Part shown: positions 10,611 through 22,339 of the stretch, piece by piece
Layout of the letters: each line of letters begins with the position of its first letter
Numbering within the stretch: position 1 is the first letter of the stretch
Source: Paramoeba atlantica
Taxonomy: Eukaryota; Protista; Discosea
DNA length: 64,000 nt
NCBI GenBank assembly: GCA_977017575.1
Contig: CDRNVI010000002.1
Coordinates: forward strand, 682,001-746,000
Direction: 5' to 3'
Notes under the pieces: generated by a model
Told to the model about the DNA's origin: nothing
Databases searched by the model: none
The model's input: the letters and a program-made list of their open reading frames with translations, nothing else
Program-made: the position numbers and the translations under genes

Positions 10611-10670
10611 AGCTCGGGAAGCTGGGATCGCTAAGTCCCATCATCCGGCCTGAGCCGAATGCCCTGACTA

Positions 10671-11951
10671 CTACTCTTCGGGGGTTGGTTCTTTGATTTC
10701 CGATATCTCCACATCGGTTTTGTGAATTGATGGAGATCCCGGAGAGAGAAGCTGATCACGGCTATGGTTTTGCTTCCCGTCAATGGGAGAGAAAAACTCA
10801 AGCGTTGGTGGGGAGAAAGAGATTTCTTTTGCATCATAAACCGGTGTTTCAGGCGTAGCAAACCCGTCGGGCGTTGATAGGGATAAGATGTCTGACGTGT
10901 TGGGAGTTGAGTCTTCTATCTCGGGCGTGTCGGAAAAAGGATCGAAACTGTGGACATCATGAACGTATCCGTTGCCCACCCATCTGTACCCTTTAAATCT
11001 GGGGTCCTTTGGGTCAGGACGATCGGGCTCTTGAACTCCAGGACTTGAGAATTCAGGAAGTGCAGTCTCATGACGAGATTCAGTGGGAGGCAGGTTGCGT
11101 TCCATTATCGTTGTCTGTTTGCTTTCGGAAGTTTTATCTCTGATGGGGGTTTTATTGTCGTCCGACTTGCCAACCGATAGAGCTTCCGTTATGTTATGCT
11201 CCGCGTCTAGTTTTGGCTTTGGCTCTTCCGGGATTGGTTCTACGCTTGTTATTCCACTTGGCACTCCGTGGTGTCAGAAGGCCCTTCCAAACTGTTTTTC
11301 CAACTGCTCCTGCAACCTTTCCAAGTGTCGACAGCCGGGAAGTGTAATTGAGTTCGCTGTCCTTTCCCTGAATGCCGTTTCCCATCATTAAGGCCGTGGT
11401 GTGTTTTTCTCTGGCACCTTCGTCATCTCCTCGTCGTGTTCGGGACTGATTCTCCTCTCTGATATTTAGGATACTTTTCTTGAAGGAAATATTTTCAGAT
11501 GTTCGAATCACATCTCCCTGTGTGGGAGTTTTTTCTAGTGTAGACGTTTTCGCTTTGCGGAGGATTATCTTTAAATTGGAGCGTTGCGGCGTGCTGGCTT
11601 CAGCCGCCTTTCTATCCGATTCTTTCCGTTCCGCTTCTTTTCTTTCCGCTTCTTCCTGTTCAGCTTTTTTTCGGTCAGCTTCTTCTTGTTCCATTTGTTT
11701 CTTAAACTCGTAAAAAGAGATTCGTCGATATGAGCGTTTTTGTTCTTTTCGTCCTGATCCTGATAGTTTCTTATCCGTTTCTTTTGAAGGAAGATTTGCT
11801 GGGCTGGAGATTTGCCGGAATGGAGGAACTGAGGTTGGCGAAAGAGAAAACACATTGGTTGGCGAAAGAGAAAGCACATTGGTTGGCGAAAGAGGAGGCG
11901 GCGAAAGAGGAGGCGGCAGGTCCGAAGGTCGAACAGTCTTTTTTTAACCAC
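10671..11951 (-). pseudogene. Low-complexity, frameshifted ORF1-like region upstream of the CRE-like RT
   Basis: Overlapping minus-strand ORFs (11571-11951, 11194-11877, 10671-11264) are charged and Pro-rich, with 30-bp repeats at about 11830-11920. They lie between an SL-like relic and the RT ORF. Confidence 0.4.
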
Positions 11952-12045
11952 TCCGATGAATTACTTTCGTAAACTTTCACGCCTCTCGCCAACGATATCC
12001 GCAGTCCGAGCGGACTATTTTGAAAAATTATACAACTCGGATAGA

Positions 12046-12058
12046 CAACAAGGTACAG
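12046..12058 (-). other. Spliced-leader-like relic CTGTACCTTGTTG at the presumed 5' end of the CRE-like element
   Basis: The plus strand has CAACAAGGTACAG. It is oriented like the downstream minus-strand ORFs and is not followed by GT. Confidence 0.55.
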
Positions 12059-12334
12059 GAGACGTGGGGCTTCGGGAGACGTGGGGCATTCGGAATGAAT
12101 CAGGGCTAACACCCAGTTCGCCGAATAGCGAGGGCTTAGCTCTCCACGTGCCCGGGGAAGGAAGTCCTAGGATCTGCGGAGGCAGCAAATCGCTCACCGA
12201 TTTGCATACCCTATTCGAAACTCGCAAGAGTTTCGATGATCCAGCGACCAGGCTCCTTCCCCCAAGTTCCCCTGCTTTCTCAGGGGAGGCGACATCCTTG
12301 TACTAGGGTAACCGCCTGTAATCACTATCACTAT

Positions 12335-12530
12335 CACCCGCCGCGACACCAGCCGCGCTCCCCGCCTGCGCTCGCCGCCTGCGCACCCCGCCACGCTCCC
12401 CGCCGCGCTCCCCGCCACGCTCCCCGCCTGCTCTCCCCGCCTGCACTCCCCGCCTGCGCTCCCCGCCACGCTCTCCGCCGCGTCACCCGCCGCGACACCG
12501 GCCGCACTCCCCGCCACGCTCCCCGCCGTC
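12335..12530 (+). repeat. GC-rich degenerate minisatellite (CGCTCCCCGCC-like)
   Basis: Same motif class as 1270-1400 and 2790-2900. Confidence 0.65.
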
Positions 12531-12960
12531 ACTAAGGGTGTGATGCCGCAATCTAATAACTTGCTAAACTTGGACATTGTGGGAGGGAAAAGGTCGTACA
12601 ATATAAAGCTTGCAAGAATGTTGTTAATTATTCGCCGTTTACTTACATCGTTGCTTCCGTACTAACTTGGACACTTCGGGAGGGAAAAGGTCGTACAATA
12701 TATTTATAGTTTACGAAAAGAATTGTTTAAAGAGGATTTGCAGGTTTTCTATATTATAGAGGGTATGTGTGGCCCTACGGGGCACATAATAATATTTTAT
12801 TATGATCTATTAATATGTGATTAATATGTGTTAATATATTATATTAATATGTGTAATATAAAAATTACAATAGGATCCTTCGTACACTTATTTCGCCACA
12901 CCTCTCTTTACACGTGCTTTTCCGACTTTTTCTCACACATCTCTTTGTATAGCTAGTATA

Positions 12961-13562
12961 TTAAATATCAATAATTTCACAGAAATACCGAAGATTTTTC
13001 AGCATACGAAGTAAAACGTCGTTACCATTTATCTTCAACTTTCCATTGCTTTTCTCATCTAAAGCTCTTACTCGACTGCCGGGCTTTTCATCCCACCGAC
13101 CGAGTATACCCCCTTCACGCTTGAACGTCTTCTTCACAAGTGAATTAGCCGACTCAACTCTGTTTGTGTGAACACCTTCTTGTGGTACCCACTCGCTTTG
13201 GACCAATTGGATGCACGAATTGGACCAATTGGTGCACCACCTTTTCCCACTTGTATCTACCTTGCAGTTGTAGATTATGACGGGCGGAATCAGTCCGGAT
13301 CCTAGTCATACACCCCTTTGCATTTTTTGGTACACCGCCACTTCTCGTCGCTCAATCGCATTTCCAATGGAGAGGAGTGACTTCGCTTGTTGCATATCAC
13401 TTTCCTTGCAACAACATCATGGCATTTTAACCAGTGTCGACATTGAGCCTCTGAAGCTACCTTAAAATAGTTAGCTTCCGACGGCCCGTGAATCCACGAC
13501 ACCCCTCGCACACTATGTAAGGAATTCAAAAAAATGTAAAATATTTTTTCTAAAAAGTACAT
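12961..13562 (-). pseudogene. Internally deleted Merlin/IS1595 (ISXO2-like) transposase remnant
   Basis: C-terminal VHTNRVESANSLVKK motif (12961-13206) and an N-terminal Cys-rich segment L..KVICNKRSH...MRLSDEKWRCTKKC (13302-13562). The central DDE region is missing. Confidence 0.6.
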
Positions 13563-14237
13563 GGGTAATTTACCCCGCTTTTCTCAATATTTATCACCAA
13601 ATTTTTGAAAAGCGAATTCTCGTTCAATTTCCCCCGCAATACAAACATGCTTTCTGACTCAATGGAGTGAAGGGTTTTTTTTGATCACATGTCCCACAGT
13701 AACGTAGTGGAAATCTATCCCTTCCAACCTGAACGTACTCCTCCGACATGATCAAGGAAATGTTTTGTTCTTGTAAACGAAAAGAATCTAGTAGAAATAT
13801 TTATTTTTCAAATAAAAGTACGACCAAAAATTTCATTAGTAGTATATGTAGTATATGTCTTTTTTTTCAAAATTGTGTCATACGCTGCCACATGCTGCCG
13901 TGCACTGTCAAACGCTGCCAGCCACTGCGAGCCAAAACTGCATGGGTTCCATTGAGAAAAATTAAAAGAGGAAAAATATAAAAAAATCACCCCTTAACTC
14001 CGTCGCACCCGGACGCACCCTCCTGTTTCAACCCTCTTATTACTGTATTCCTTTATCTTATTACTGTGTTCCTCTTTATACACTGTATTTTCGCTGTTTT
14101 TATTCACTTTTTTTCAATAATTCTACGCTGTAGGTCAATCTTGAAATACTTAAGAACATTGTGAATATTCTCCTCACCACATGCACGCGTCCAAAACGTT
14201 TACTCCAATAATCTGAAGCAGAATCTGAGAAAAGGGG

Positions 14238-16406
14238 ATGCGAGTATCTAGAATATTGCTACAAAGTCAAGGCGTAATGGGTGGTTCTAGACAATTCGTA
14301 GAAGGTAGGCTCAATGCGCGATATGCGGCTAAATCCGGGTTTCATTGTCTTAATATGGGAAAGTTAACGTCCCAGTTGAAGGCCACAATTCAGCAAGATA
14401 GACGCGAGAATGGATTGTCACAAATTGTCGATTGGGGCGAGTTTTGTGAAGAAGCAACCTCAATTCCTACACGCAGGGGACCCATGTGGCTCGGAAAAGA
14501 TGATCCTCGCGTTGTACGCTATATGCGGCGACTAGAAAAAATGAAAGAAAATGTTATGCATATTGCGAGACCCAGAATTAGTGAAGACCCTGTGGAAAAG
14601 CTAGAATCACACGAGCATCGCGTCTATTTTACTACGGCGACGAATCTTCGCGATCCACTTTCTGTTGCTGAGGGGCTTTACAGATTAGGAAGGATCAAGC
14701 GTCAAGACGTAAAGTATACTGCTACTAAGATAAGCTACATCCCGCGTTGTCCAATTGTTTCTATTATGGGTCATGTGGATCATGGCAAGACCACTCTTTT
14801 AGATACGCTTCGGAAGACTAATGTGGCGGGCCAAGAAGTCGGAGGCATCACACAAAGTATTGGTGCCTTCCAAGTGAAGCTTGGAGTCAACGAAGGGGTA
14901 GGGTCTATCACCTTTATTGATACACCGGGCCATGCAGCATTTGAATCTATGCGGAAATCTGGAGCATCCGCAACTGACATAATCGTTCTAGTTATCAGCG
15001 CCACTGACGGAGTGCAGCCTCAAACCTTAGAAGTCATAGATATAGCGAAAGCCAATGCAGTCCCAATTATAGTTGCCATAAACAAGATTGATAAGGGGGG
15101 AAATGCAGAAACAATTCTCAACGTTCTATCTGGAAAAGGAATTAACCTTGAACCAAGGGGCGGCGATACCTTGGTCACCAAAGTAAGCGCAAAATATGGT
15201 ACAAATATTGAAGAGCTTTTGGAATACATACAATTACAAGCCGTGATGTGTGAGTTATATTCACCCACACCTTCGCGTGCGGAGATCACAGTCCTCGAGT
15301 CGCGAGAGAATCAGGTAACGGGGGTAGTTCGATGCGGCATCCTTCGCCCCGGTTCCTGGTTAGTATGCGGTATCAGTCTTGCTTGTGTAACGCGCCTTCG
15401 AGACGAATCGGGGAAAGAGATCAACCAAGCCCTACCGGCACAGCCTGTACTTATTGAAGGATTTCGCGTCCTTCCGAAGCCCGGCAACACGATTATGGAA
15501 GTTGCAAACAAGACATACGCCCATCGATTCGTGAATCTTATGCGCGACGTTTACACAGTGGAGGGTGGACAGGAAAAGTACATGCAGATACTTGCAGCAG
15601 AGTCATCAGGACAAATATTCGAAAGAAAACCGAATAACAAATTGCGAGCATACGATCGTAAACTGTTTAGCCTAGTAATCAAGGCCGGTACTTTTGGGCA
15701 ACTCCAGGCTCTTTTGCGACTTATATATGAGCTTCCGGAAATACCGGGAACAGAGCTATCAATCATAATTGCCGAAGTCGGCTCGCTGGATGATAACGAT
15801 GTGCTACACCTAAATGCGAAACAGCAAGCCGGGGGGGCTCTTTTGTTTGGGGATGCGAAGGATGGGTCCCGTATGGCGATTCCGAATTACGTAGAAGTCG
15901 CACAATTTGATGTGGTGTTTCATGCTATAGATTGGCTAAAAGCTAAAATCGTTGAGCAGTTACCAAGAAAAAGAGTCGACACTGTTCTCTCGCGAGCGAT
16001 ATGTCGCAATACTTTTCGCGCTTCGCAATCAAAAGGTGGGAATGCAGCTGGATGCTACGTAGAGAAAGGTAAACTACACGTTGCAGCCGACAATCTCCGG
16101 GTAGTGCGACGAGGAGAAGTCATCGGTGAGGGGAAAGTCAGCTTTTTAAGACGCTTCAAAGAAAATGTATCCTTTGTTGAGGAAGGGCTTGAGTGTGGGG
16201 TAGTTCTAGACATTGATTTTGAATTTGAAGCAGGGGATATCCTAGAAGAGTATACAATTGAATGGAAAGAGAATGACGTAGATAGTGAGTACGAAAAAGC
16301 CGTGGCAATCGAAACCGAAAAAAGGCAAGCGGAAGAAAGGAAAAAGGAGACTGAAGGGGACGTTCAACGTGAATTTCCTGAATTTGATTTCTCTGCCGAC
16401 GCGTGA
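14238..16406 (+). CDS. IF2: Mitochondrial translation initiation factor IF2
   Basis: 722 aa with [14 protein letters not shown] and NKID GTPase motifs and the C-terminal GxECG domain. Intronless, with an upstream polypyrimidine tract at about 14030-14120. Confidence 0.92.
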   Translation: MRVSRILLQSQGVMGGSRQFVEGRLNARYAAKSGFHCLNMGKLTSQLKATIQQDRRENGLSQIVDWGEFCEEATSIPTRRGPMWLGKDDPRVVRYMRRLEKMKENVMHIARPRISEDPVEKLESHEHRVYFTTATNLRDPLSVAEGLYRLGRIKRQDVKYTATKISYIPRCPIVSIMGHVDHGKTTLLDTLRKTNVAGQEVGGITQSIGAFQVKLGVNEGVGSITFIDTPGHAAFESMRKSGASATDIIVLVISATDGVQPQTLEVIDIAKANAVPIIVAINKIDKGGNAETILNVLSGKGINLEPRGGDTLVTKVSAKYGTNIEELLEYIQLQAVMCELYSPTPSRAEITVLESRENQVTGVVRCGILRPGSWLVCGISLACVTRLRDESGKEINQALPAQPVLIEGFRVLPKPGNTIMEVANKTYAHRFVNLMRDVYTVEGGQEKYMQILAAESSGQIFERKPNNKLRAYDRKLFSLVIKAGTFGQLQALLRLIYELPEIPGTELSIIIAEVGSLDDNDVLHLNAKQQAGGALLFGDAKDGSRMAIPNYVEVAQFDVVFHAIDWLKAKIVEQLPRKRVDTVLSRAICRNTFRASQSKGGNAAGCYVEKGKLHVAADNLRVVRRGEVIGEGKVSFLRRFKENVSFVEEGLECGVVLDIDFEFEAGDILEEYTIEWKENDVDSEYEKAVAIETEKRQAEERKKETEGDVQREFPEFDFSADA

Positions 16407-16567
16407 CTAACCTTTTTGAAATGAAATTTAGCAATAAATTAACAATAAAGCGTTATTGCGCTAAAGCCTCATAAAAAACCAGATAACTAAATGAGAAATT
16501 TTTAAAGGAAAAGAAAGGTCGAAATTCTGCAAAAAAAACGAAATATTACGAAAATTTATACTATATA

Positions 16568-16915
16568 CCGTGAAAGTACTTATTAACAGAATAAAAATCA
16601 TTGGAATAAAAATTAGCGAAATAATAATTAACGGAATAATTTTTTTTTAAGATTTTCACCAAAATTTTCCCAAACATTTTAGTCAGTGGGCGGTCTGTTC
16701 ATCAACAAAATTCGAAGTATTTCTGTCGTGAAGAAAAAAAGCGACGTTACCGCGAAAAGATGAATCGATTAAGACGTATCAGCAGAACGTTTCTCTTGAC
16801 GCTTAAAGTTTTGTAGAAATTTAGTAAAAATCATTGGAATAATAACTAACGGAATAATTTCTGCCCAAAAAAACATTCCGTTAATTATTATTATTGTTAA
16901 TAAGTACTTTGACGG
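16568..16915. mobile_element. TA-flanked MITE (Tc1/mariner type)
   Basis: TIR CCGT(G/C)AAAGTACTTATTAACA at both ends. TA at 16566-16567 and 16916-16917. Confidence 0.8.
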
Positions 16916-17163
16916 TAATTGTTGATACAAAAAGAGATTCAATATACAAGTCTTGCAAACTATTTATTCATCCCAAAATCCCTTCGCCGACAGAGGCGCA
17001 CACTTTCTACTCGGCACACTTCGTACCTGAAACGCATTACATGCGTACCGTTATAAAAACAGATATAAAATGAAAAAATGAAGGGGGGAAATACGGCGCC
17101 GCTTCTTGTTGATGCCGAAAATACAAAAGACGTCGGTGGAATCTCCCTTTAAAAGGGACACCA

Positions 17164-17463
17164 GTGTTTGGAATTACTGCCGAGGTTTGGTCTGATTATT
17201 CGTCCGGCAAAGGTTTTGACCGCGATCCAGCCAAGCATAAGACGGCCTGGAGTTGGTGGCAGTCAAGAGGGCGGGAATTGTTTCCCACTATTTATGAAGC
17301 TGCTCGTCACTACCTCTTTGTTGTCCCTGTTGTCACCGAGTGCGACTCTCTGCTTTCCATCATGGGATGGAAGTATGATGCACGGCAGGCTTCTCTAGAA
17401 TCTGACGTTATTGCGACACAGATGTTCCTCCGCGGTAATTTGGAGAATATTGGATTTTCGTGA
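17164..17463 (+). pseudogene. hAT transposase C-terminal dimerisation domain remnant
   Basis: WSWWQSRGRELFPTIYEAARHYL...R.ASL...MFLRGN follows the hAT-C pattern WW..FP.L...A...L...R..L...FL..N. Confidence 0.6.
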
Positions 17464-18049
17464 AGTTGGTTTGACAAGAAAATGACGTTTATAGACATTT
17501 GCTATACCTGTAGTACATTTTTTTAAGTTTACTTAGGGCTTTTTTCCGTGAGTTCTTAATGATGGTCTTGTTTTTCCCTTTGTAAACATACAAGTTTGAA
17601 GTTTCATCCGTTCTATATTCTATAATATTTATATTCGTTCATGGAAATTTTTTATAACTGTTGTTTGAATAGTACTATTTCGTGTGATGTCATGAAAGAA
17701 GATAAAGCATTTTTGGTCCAATTTTTAATGTTAAGATATACATCTCAAATGGGGGGTTTAAATGAGGTGTATCATTCAATCGAAATGCAACGTAATAACT
17801 CCATACAAAAGACAGTTGTAGACAATGTAGAGTTGCAATCTATTTGCTTCATACATAGTGATAATCATAATAACGTCCTCTGGTGTGGTAATCATACATA
17901 CATGTATCTTTAGAAGATTTTTGCAAAATCTCAACAACCTACATAGTTTATGACACCGGTTGCGAGGAGTGCCTTTATGTCGCATCGGTCCTTCTTTTGT
18001 CTGCCTCAATCATGTCCGAAACTGCTGCTCCACACTCTCAAAAGGCGCA

Positions 18050-20030
18050 TGTAGTAATCGACGTAGTAATCAGTATTCGGTGTAGTAATCAGTAACCAAA
18101 ATGTAGTAATTTACCACCGATTAAACATCATGTAGTAATTTACTACATGATTAATCCAGGGTATGTCTTTTTGTCCCCCCTTTTTTCGAAAAAAACTACT
18201 TCCACGTTTTTTCGAGTTCAGCGATTTAACAGTCCTCCTAGATTGGTATTGACGAAAGGGAAGACACTGGCTATTTCTAGGGCTCAAATTGTGGCACATC
18301 GGGTAGACAAAGGTGTGACATACTTACAGAGTTTGGTAGTGCATCGATACTGTATGGAAAACATATGAACGAGCGAAATGGTAAATTGAAAGCACGAATG
18401 GCCTTTGCTTCAGCCTCAGAAGATCTTCAAATATGGAAATATTAAATTTTAGGTTCTTCGTTAAACGCGGTGGTTGTTTTCAATATAGAAGTCACTCATG
18501 CTGCGCGCTTCGCGTTGAAAAGTACCTCCGCGTAACCTAAAAAAGAAAAATTGACAAGAGGCCACAAATAATCTACTTTTTCGAGGGAGAGAGCCCGATT
18601 TTTAGGCCAAAAGACGAAATTTCACCTCAAATTTGGGCCGTTTTTGATGCCCTACCAGTAGGCGTAGGAGGCGAATCTGTCGAAAAACACGTCGTAGAAT
18701 GATAGCTGAGGTCCCAAGCTCTTAAAATATTTTTGAGGAGTCGATTTTGGAAAAATATTGTTTTTACTCTTTTTTGGTCAAAAATATTTTTTATTGGGTC
18801 GCCACTCGCACCTTTATAACGCAGAAAACTCGCACCTTTATAACGCATAAATCTCGCACCCTTATAATGCATAATGCACCCTGATAACGCATATTGTCCC
18901 ACTGAAAATGCATATTGAACCCCATGCATACCGCCACTGCAAACCAGTGCTAACTTGTGCCAGCCAGTGCAAGCCACAACGGCCATTATTCTAGGGGACC
19001 GGAAGTGATTGACTGGGAGAACGTGTGTTCTCCCATGGGGTGATAAAAAAAAGGGATTTTCTTGTCTTAAATGGTGATAATAATGTGAAAGCAGTTTATT
19101 GTTACGATCTCTCGAGAAAAATCGTAATAATAACCGTACTAATAATGTGAAAGGTAATAATAATCCGAAACGGTAATAATAACCCAAAAGGTAACAATAA
19201 TCCGAAATGTAATCAATAATCATAATTTTATGAAATAACTTAGGGAACGTTTGCGAAACCTGATGAAGAGGGGTTGTCACTCAGATTCGTCCTGTTCTAC
19301 AATCTGGCTGAAGGTAAGTCTTCGAATTCTCCCATTGAACTAGCACTGCTTTGGTGCGTATATACTGCTTTGGTACGTATATCACGAACTTGTCAATGTA
19401 GGTTTGGGTCAATCCACTGCTTGGATTTTCGCGTCGGAGCCGCTTTTTATTGGGCTCGAAAGTTTGGATATCGAGATGACTGAGCGGGGTGGTCCTTCAT
19501 CTTTTTTTCAAGTTCTTCTTTTTTGTCGGGAGTTATTGAAGGATATCAAGAGTCTTCACCACGTAGAATGACATTTTTTTTAAGATTATCATTATTAATG
19601 ACGGGGAGTATTCATTTTAACATTCATTCAACAACACGATGAATCAATGCTACCCCACTACGCAAACTGTACAGTGTACTGGAAACGTCAACCAGACATT
19701 AAGCCATAAAGGCCTCGGAACATAGGATCCGAAACACGATCTAGTCTGAAGGACACAAACCCTAGTGAAAGAGTCAAGCAGACACTAAGCGATAAACGCC
19801 TCGGATCATAGGATCCGGAAAATAATTTAGTCCAAAGGACCTCTACGCAAACCGTAGTGGAAGCGTTAACCAAACACAAAGCCATAAAGGCATCGACTCA
19901 TAAATGTGGAATAGAACAATGCCCGAAGGACGTCACTCCACAAACTCGGATCATAGGATTCGGATCGCGATTTAGTCCGAGGGACGTCACTACACAAACC
20001 CTAGTGGAAGCGTTAACCGGACGTTCAGCC
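18050..20030. repeat. Clusters of short degenerate repeats typical of DNA-transposon subtermini
   Basis: GTAGTAAT array with palindrome at 18050-18152, CTCGCACC..ATAA(C/T)GCA array at 18786-18892, AATAAT array at 19125-19222, and two diverged copies of about 130 bp at 19700-20020. Confidence 0.55.
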
Positions 20031-20454
20031 ACAATGGCCACGAATTAGAAAATCCTGAGGCGCAACAAATCTTAGAGAGGTACCTGCAGATGAAACATAC
20101 TAGAGGCGAAAATATCAAATCCTAATAAGGCCAATTGCGGTGGTTGTATAACTACCGCTCTACCCTCGATTATTGAAAAAAAAAGTGAGCAAAAACAGTG
20201 AAAATATAAAGAGGAACACAGTAATATAATAGAAGAAAATATATAAAAGGGGGATCTGGTGGTCCAAAACTGAAAAAAAAATGAAAAAAATGAGGGGACT
20301 AGGGGGGGATCCAGGGGGCATACGTCGCGAATTCTTTTTCCATTTTTTTTTGCTTTTCAAAATCGAGCGCAAGGAAGTGTTGGAGTATGTTGCGGCGATG
20401 ATTTTCCACCCTCCATCTGGGGGTGACCCCGCGGTATGCGCAGGAGGGGTCGTA

Positions 20455-21167
20455 CTGTGCCCCCCCCCACTTATTTGTTACCACTTTTTCGAAAAAAGGA
20501 CAATTAAGTGGGGGGTTCAATTTATTTGGTTAGATGAAACAAAGGTCCCAAGATTTTTTCTTTATTTTAGGAATCTCCAAAGCGTTCGGATAAAGTTGGC
20601 TTTACAGAAACGGTATCTTTTATTTATATTTATCGTATGAGTAGTTTTTCTACCTATCCCGTACTAGTATAGTAGTAGCAGTTTCTTTTGTCAAACGGCT
20701 ATAAGGTATGGGGTTTGATAGAGCACCGACTAGTGGGGCAGGAGGGCATATTGTAACCCAAGCATCAAGGCGACGTGGGCGAGACGACTGGGATGGTGGT
20801 GGGGAATGACTGTTCGCAGTGAGAGAAGAACGGAGTGGTGGTGGTGGGGAATGACGGTTCGCAGGGATGGGAGAAGGGAGGGGTGGTGGGGGTGAATAAC
20901 TATTATCCGTACACTGGAAGGAACCAAAAAAAAGTTAGAAACGTAGCTCGGTATACCGTAGTGATATGAAAAACTTGAAGTAGACAGCATATAAATACAA
21001 ACTGACGTCGGATCCTGATATACTGTATGTATGAGGTTCGTAGGGAAAGAATTGAGCCCCCCCCCCAAAAAAAAATCCGGCGCCGCTTCGCGGCGCCTCC
21101 TGCACCGTCTCGTCAAAAAGGACAATTAAGTGGGGAGGGGACTACGACAAATAAGTGGGGAGCACAG
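20455..21167. mobile_element. TA-flanked MITE
   Basis: TIR CTGTGC(C/T)CCCC..ACTTATTTGT at both ends. TA at 20453-20454 and 21168-21169. The subterminal AAAAAGGACAATTAAGTGGGG is repeated. Confidence 0.75.
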
Positions 21168-21183
21168 TATCTGTCGCACCCCT

Positions 21184-21245
21184 CCCCCCTAGTTGTCTGT
21201 CACCTTTTCTTGAAAAGTAGCGACAGATAACTAGGGGGGGTGCAG
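21184..21245. repeat. Palindromic end of a related MITE family (GACAGATAACTAGGGGGG), also at 58164-58268 and 60967-61020
   Basis: Inverted arms at 21184-21201 and 21222-21239, ending ...GTGCAG|TA. The same motif recurs near 58.2 kb and 61.0 kb. Confidence 0.65.
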
Positions 21246-22339
21246 TATAAAATTAACTAGCGGGGGTGTACCTTGGTTCCGTATCCCAGCTTTTTCGACT
21301 CACGCTAAAACCGTGACGCCGGAAAAATCACTTAAGCAAGCCCCTTAAGTGGGAAGCACCCTGAGCTGTAGATAGGTGAGGGAGATACGGAGTATCTAAC
21401 TCACTTACTAAGGTTAATTCAAAAAATTGAAAATGCCCTTCAAAGAAGCGAAAGATCGAGAATTTTCAAAATTCCGAAACGTAGCAGTAGGTCATTAGAT
21501 GAACTCTTTAATACTGGAAAAATCATCTAAAACAACCTTATTTCTCAAATTTTAGAACACTTTTGGTAAAAAAAAAGTGCGTGTGCAAAGGTCTGCGATA
21601 CGACAAACTGGTTGACTAAGAAGAGTCCTTTGAGTACAGTAAAAGTCACTATTCTGAGAGTCACTAAAAATGAGAATCGGGCTGTCAACGTTCAATTGGT
21701 AAAAATGAGAATGCAATGGTAAAATGAGAATGGGGCTTTAACTTCTGATGTCAACGTTCAACTCGAATATAATCCGAAAAATGAGAATACAAAAAAAAAC
21801 TTTTTTGAAGTGATATACAAGTATAGTATACACAATATAAGTCTTCTTCTTCCTCTTCTTGTATCGCCCTTTAAATAATGCTCACTCCAAACCACGGCCC
21901 CTCCCACGGTCCCCACGTCAAAGTCTTCGACGGATCGGGAGCAGGAGCAAGCATAGAGACGCCGTCCGATCTCCCAGGCTAACATATCCCCTTTTTCCTA
22001 TGCCACGCCCTTGGTATAGCCCAGTGCTTTGCAGGAGCCTGGACCCCGTTCGCGTCGGAGGGCGGAACGGCTTGCTGGAGCTTCACGCCCACGGAGGGAC
22101 TGATAGCTGACTCGGGGTGGTCGGCCGAGTTAGTCCGGTGTAACCTCCGTAGAGGGTGCATCGAAGCCAACCCGGGACCACGCCGTGCAAAACGGAAGAA
22201 TAAAACGCCCAAATCCTCCGGCCCCGCGGACAGTAACCCCGTGAACGTAACGGGACAGACGAGCACACAAACCGAGGACACCCCTACCCCACTACCCGAC
22301 CCCCACATTACAGACCCCATTCCCACACCCCCGCATCAG

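Noticed and set aside
1062-12058. SL RNA genes
   Set aside because: No SL-like motif is followed by a GT donor, and no AACTAAC-type 5' end or tandem array is present.
14238-16406. Bacterial infB or a prokaryotic origin of the window
   Set aside because: The neighbours (RACK1, THADA, VID27, eEFSec, non-LTR elements) are eukaryotic, and the N-terminus fits an organellar targeting extension.
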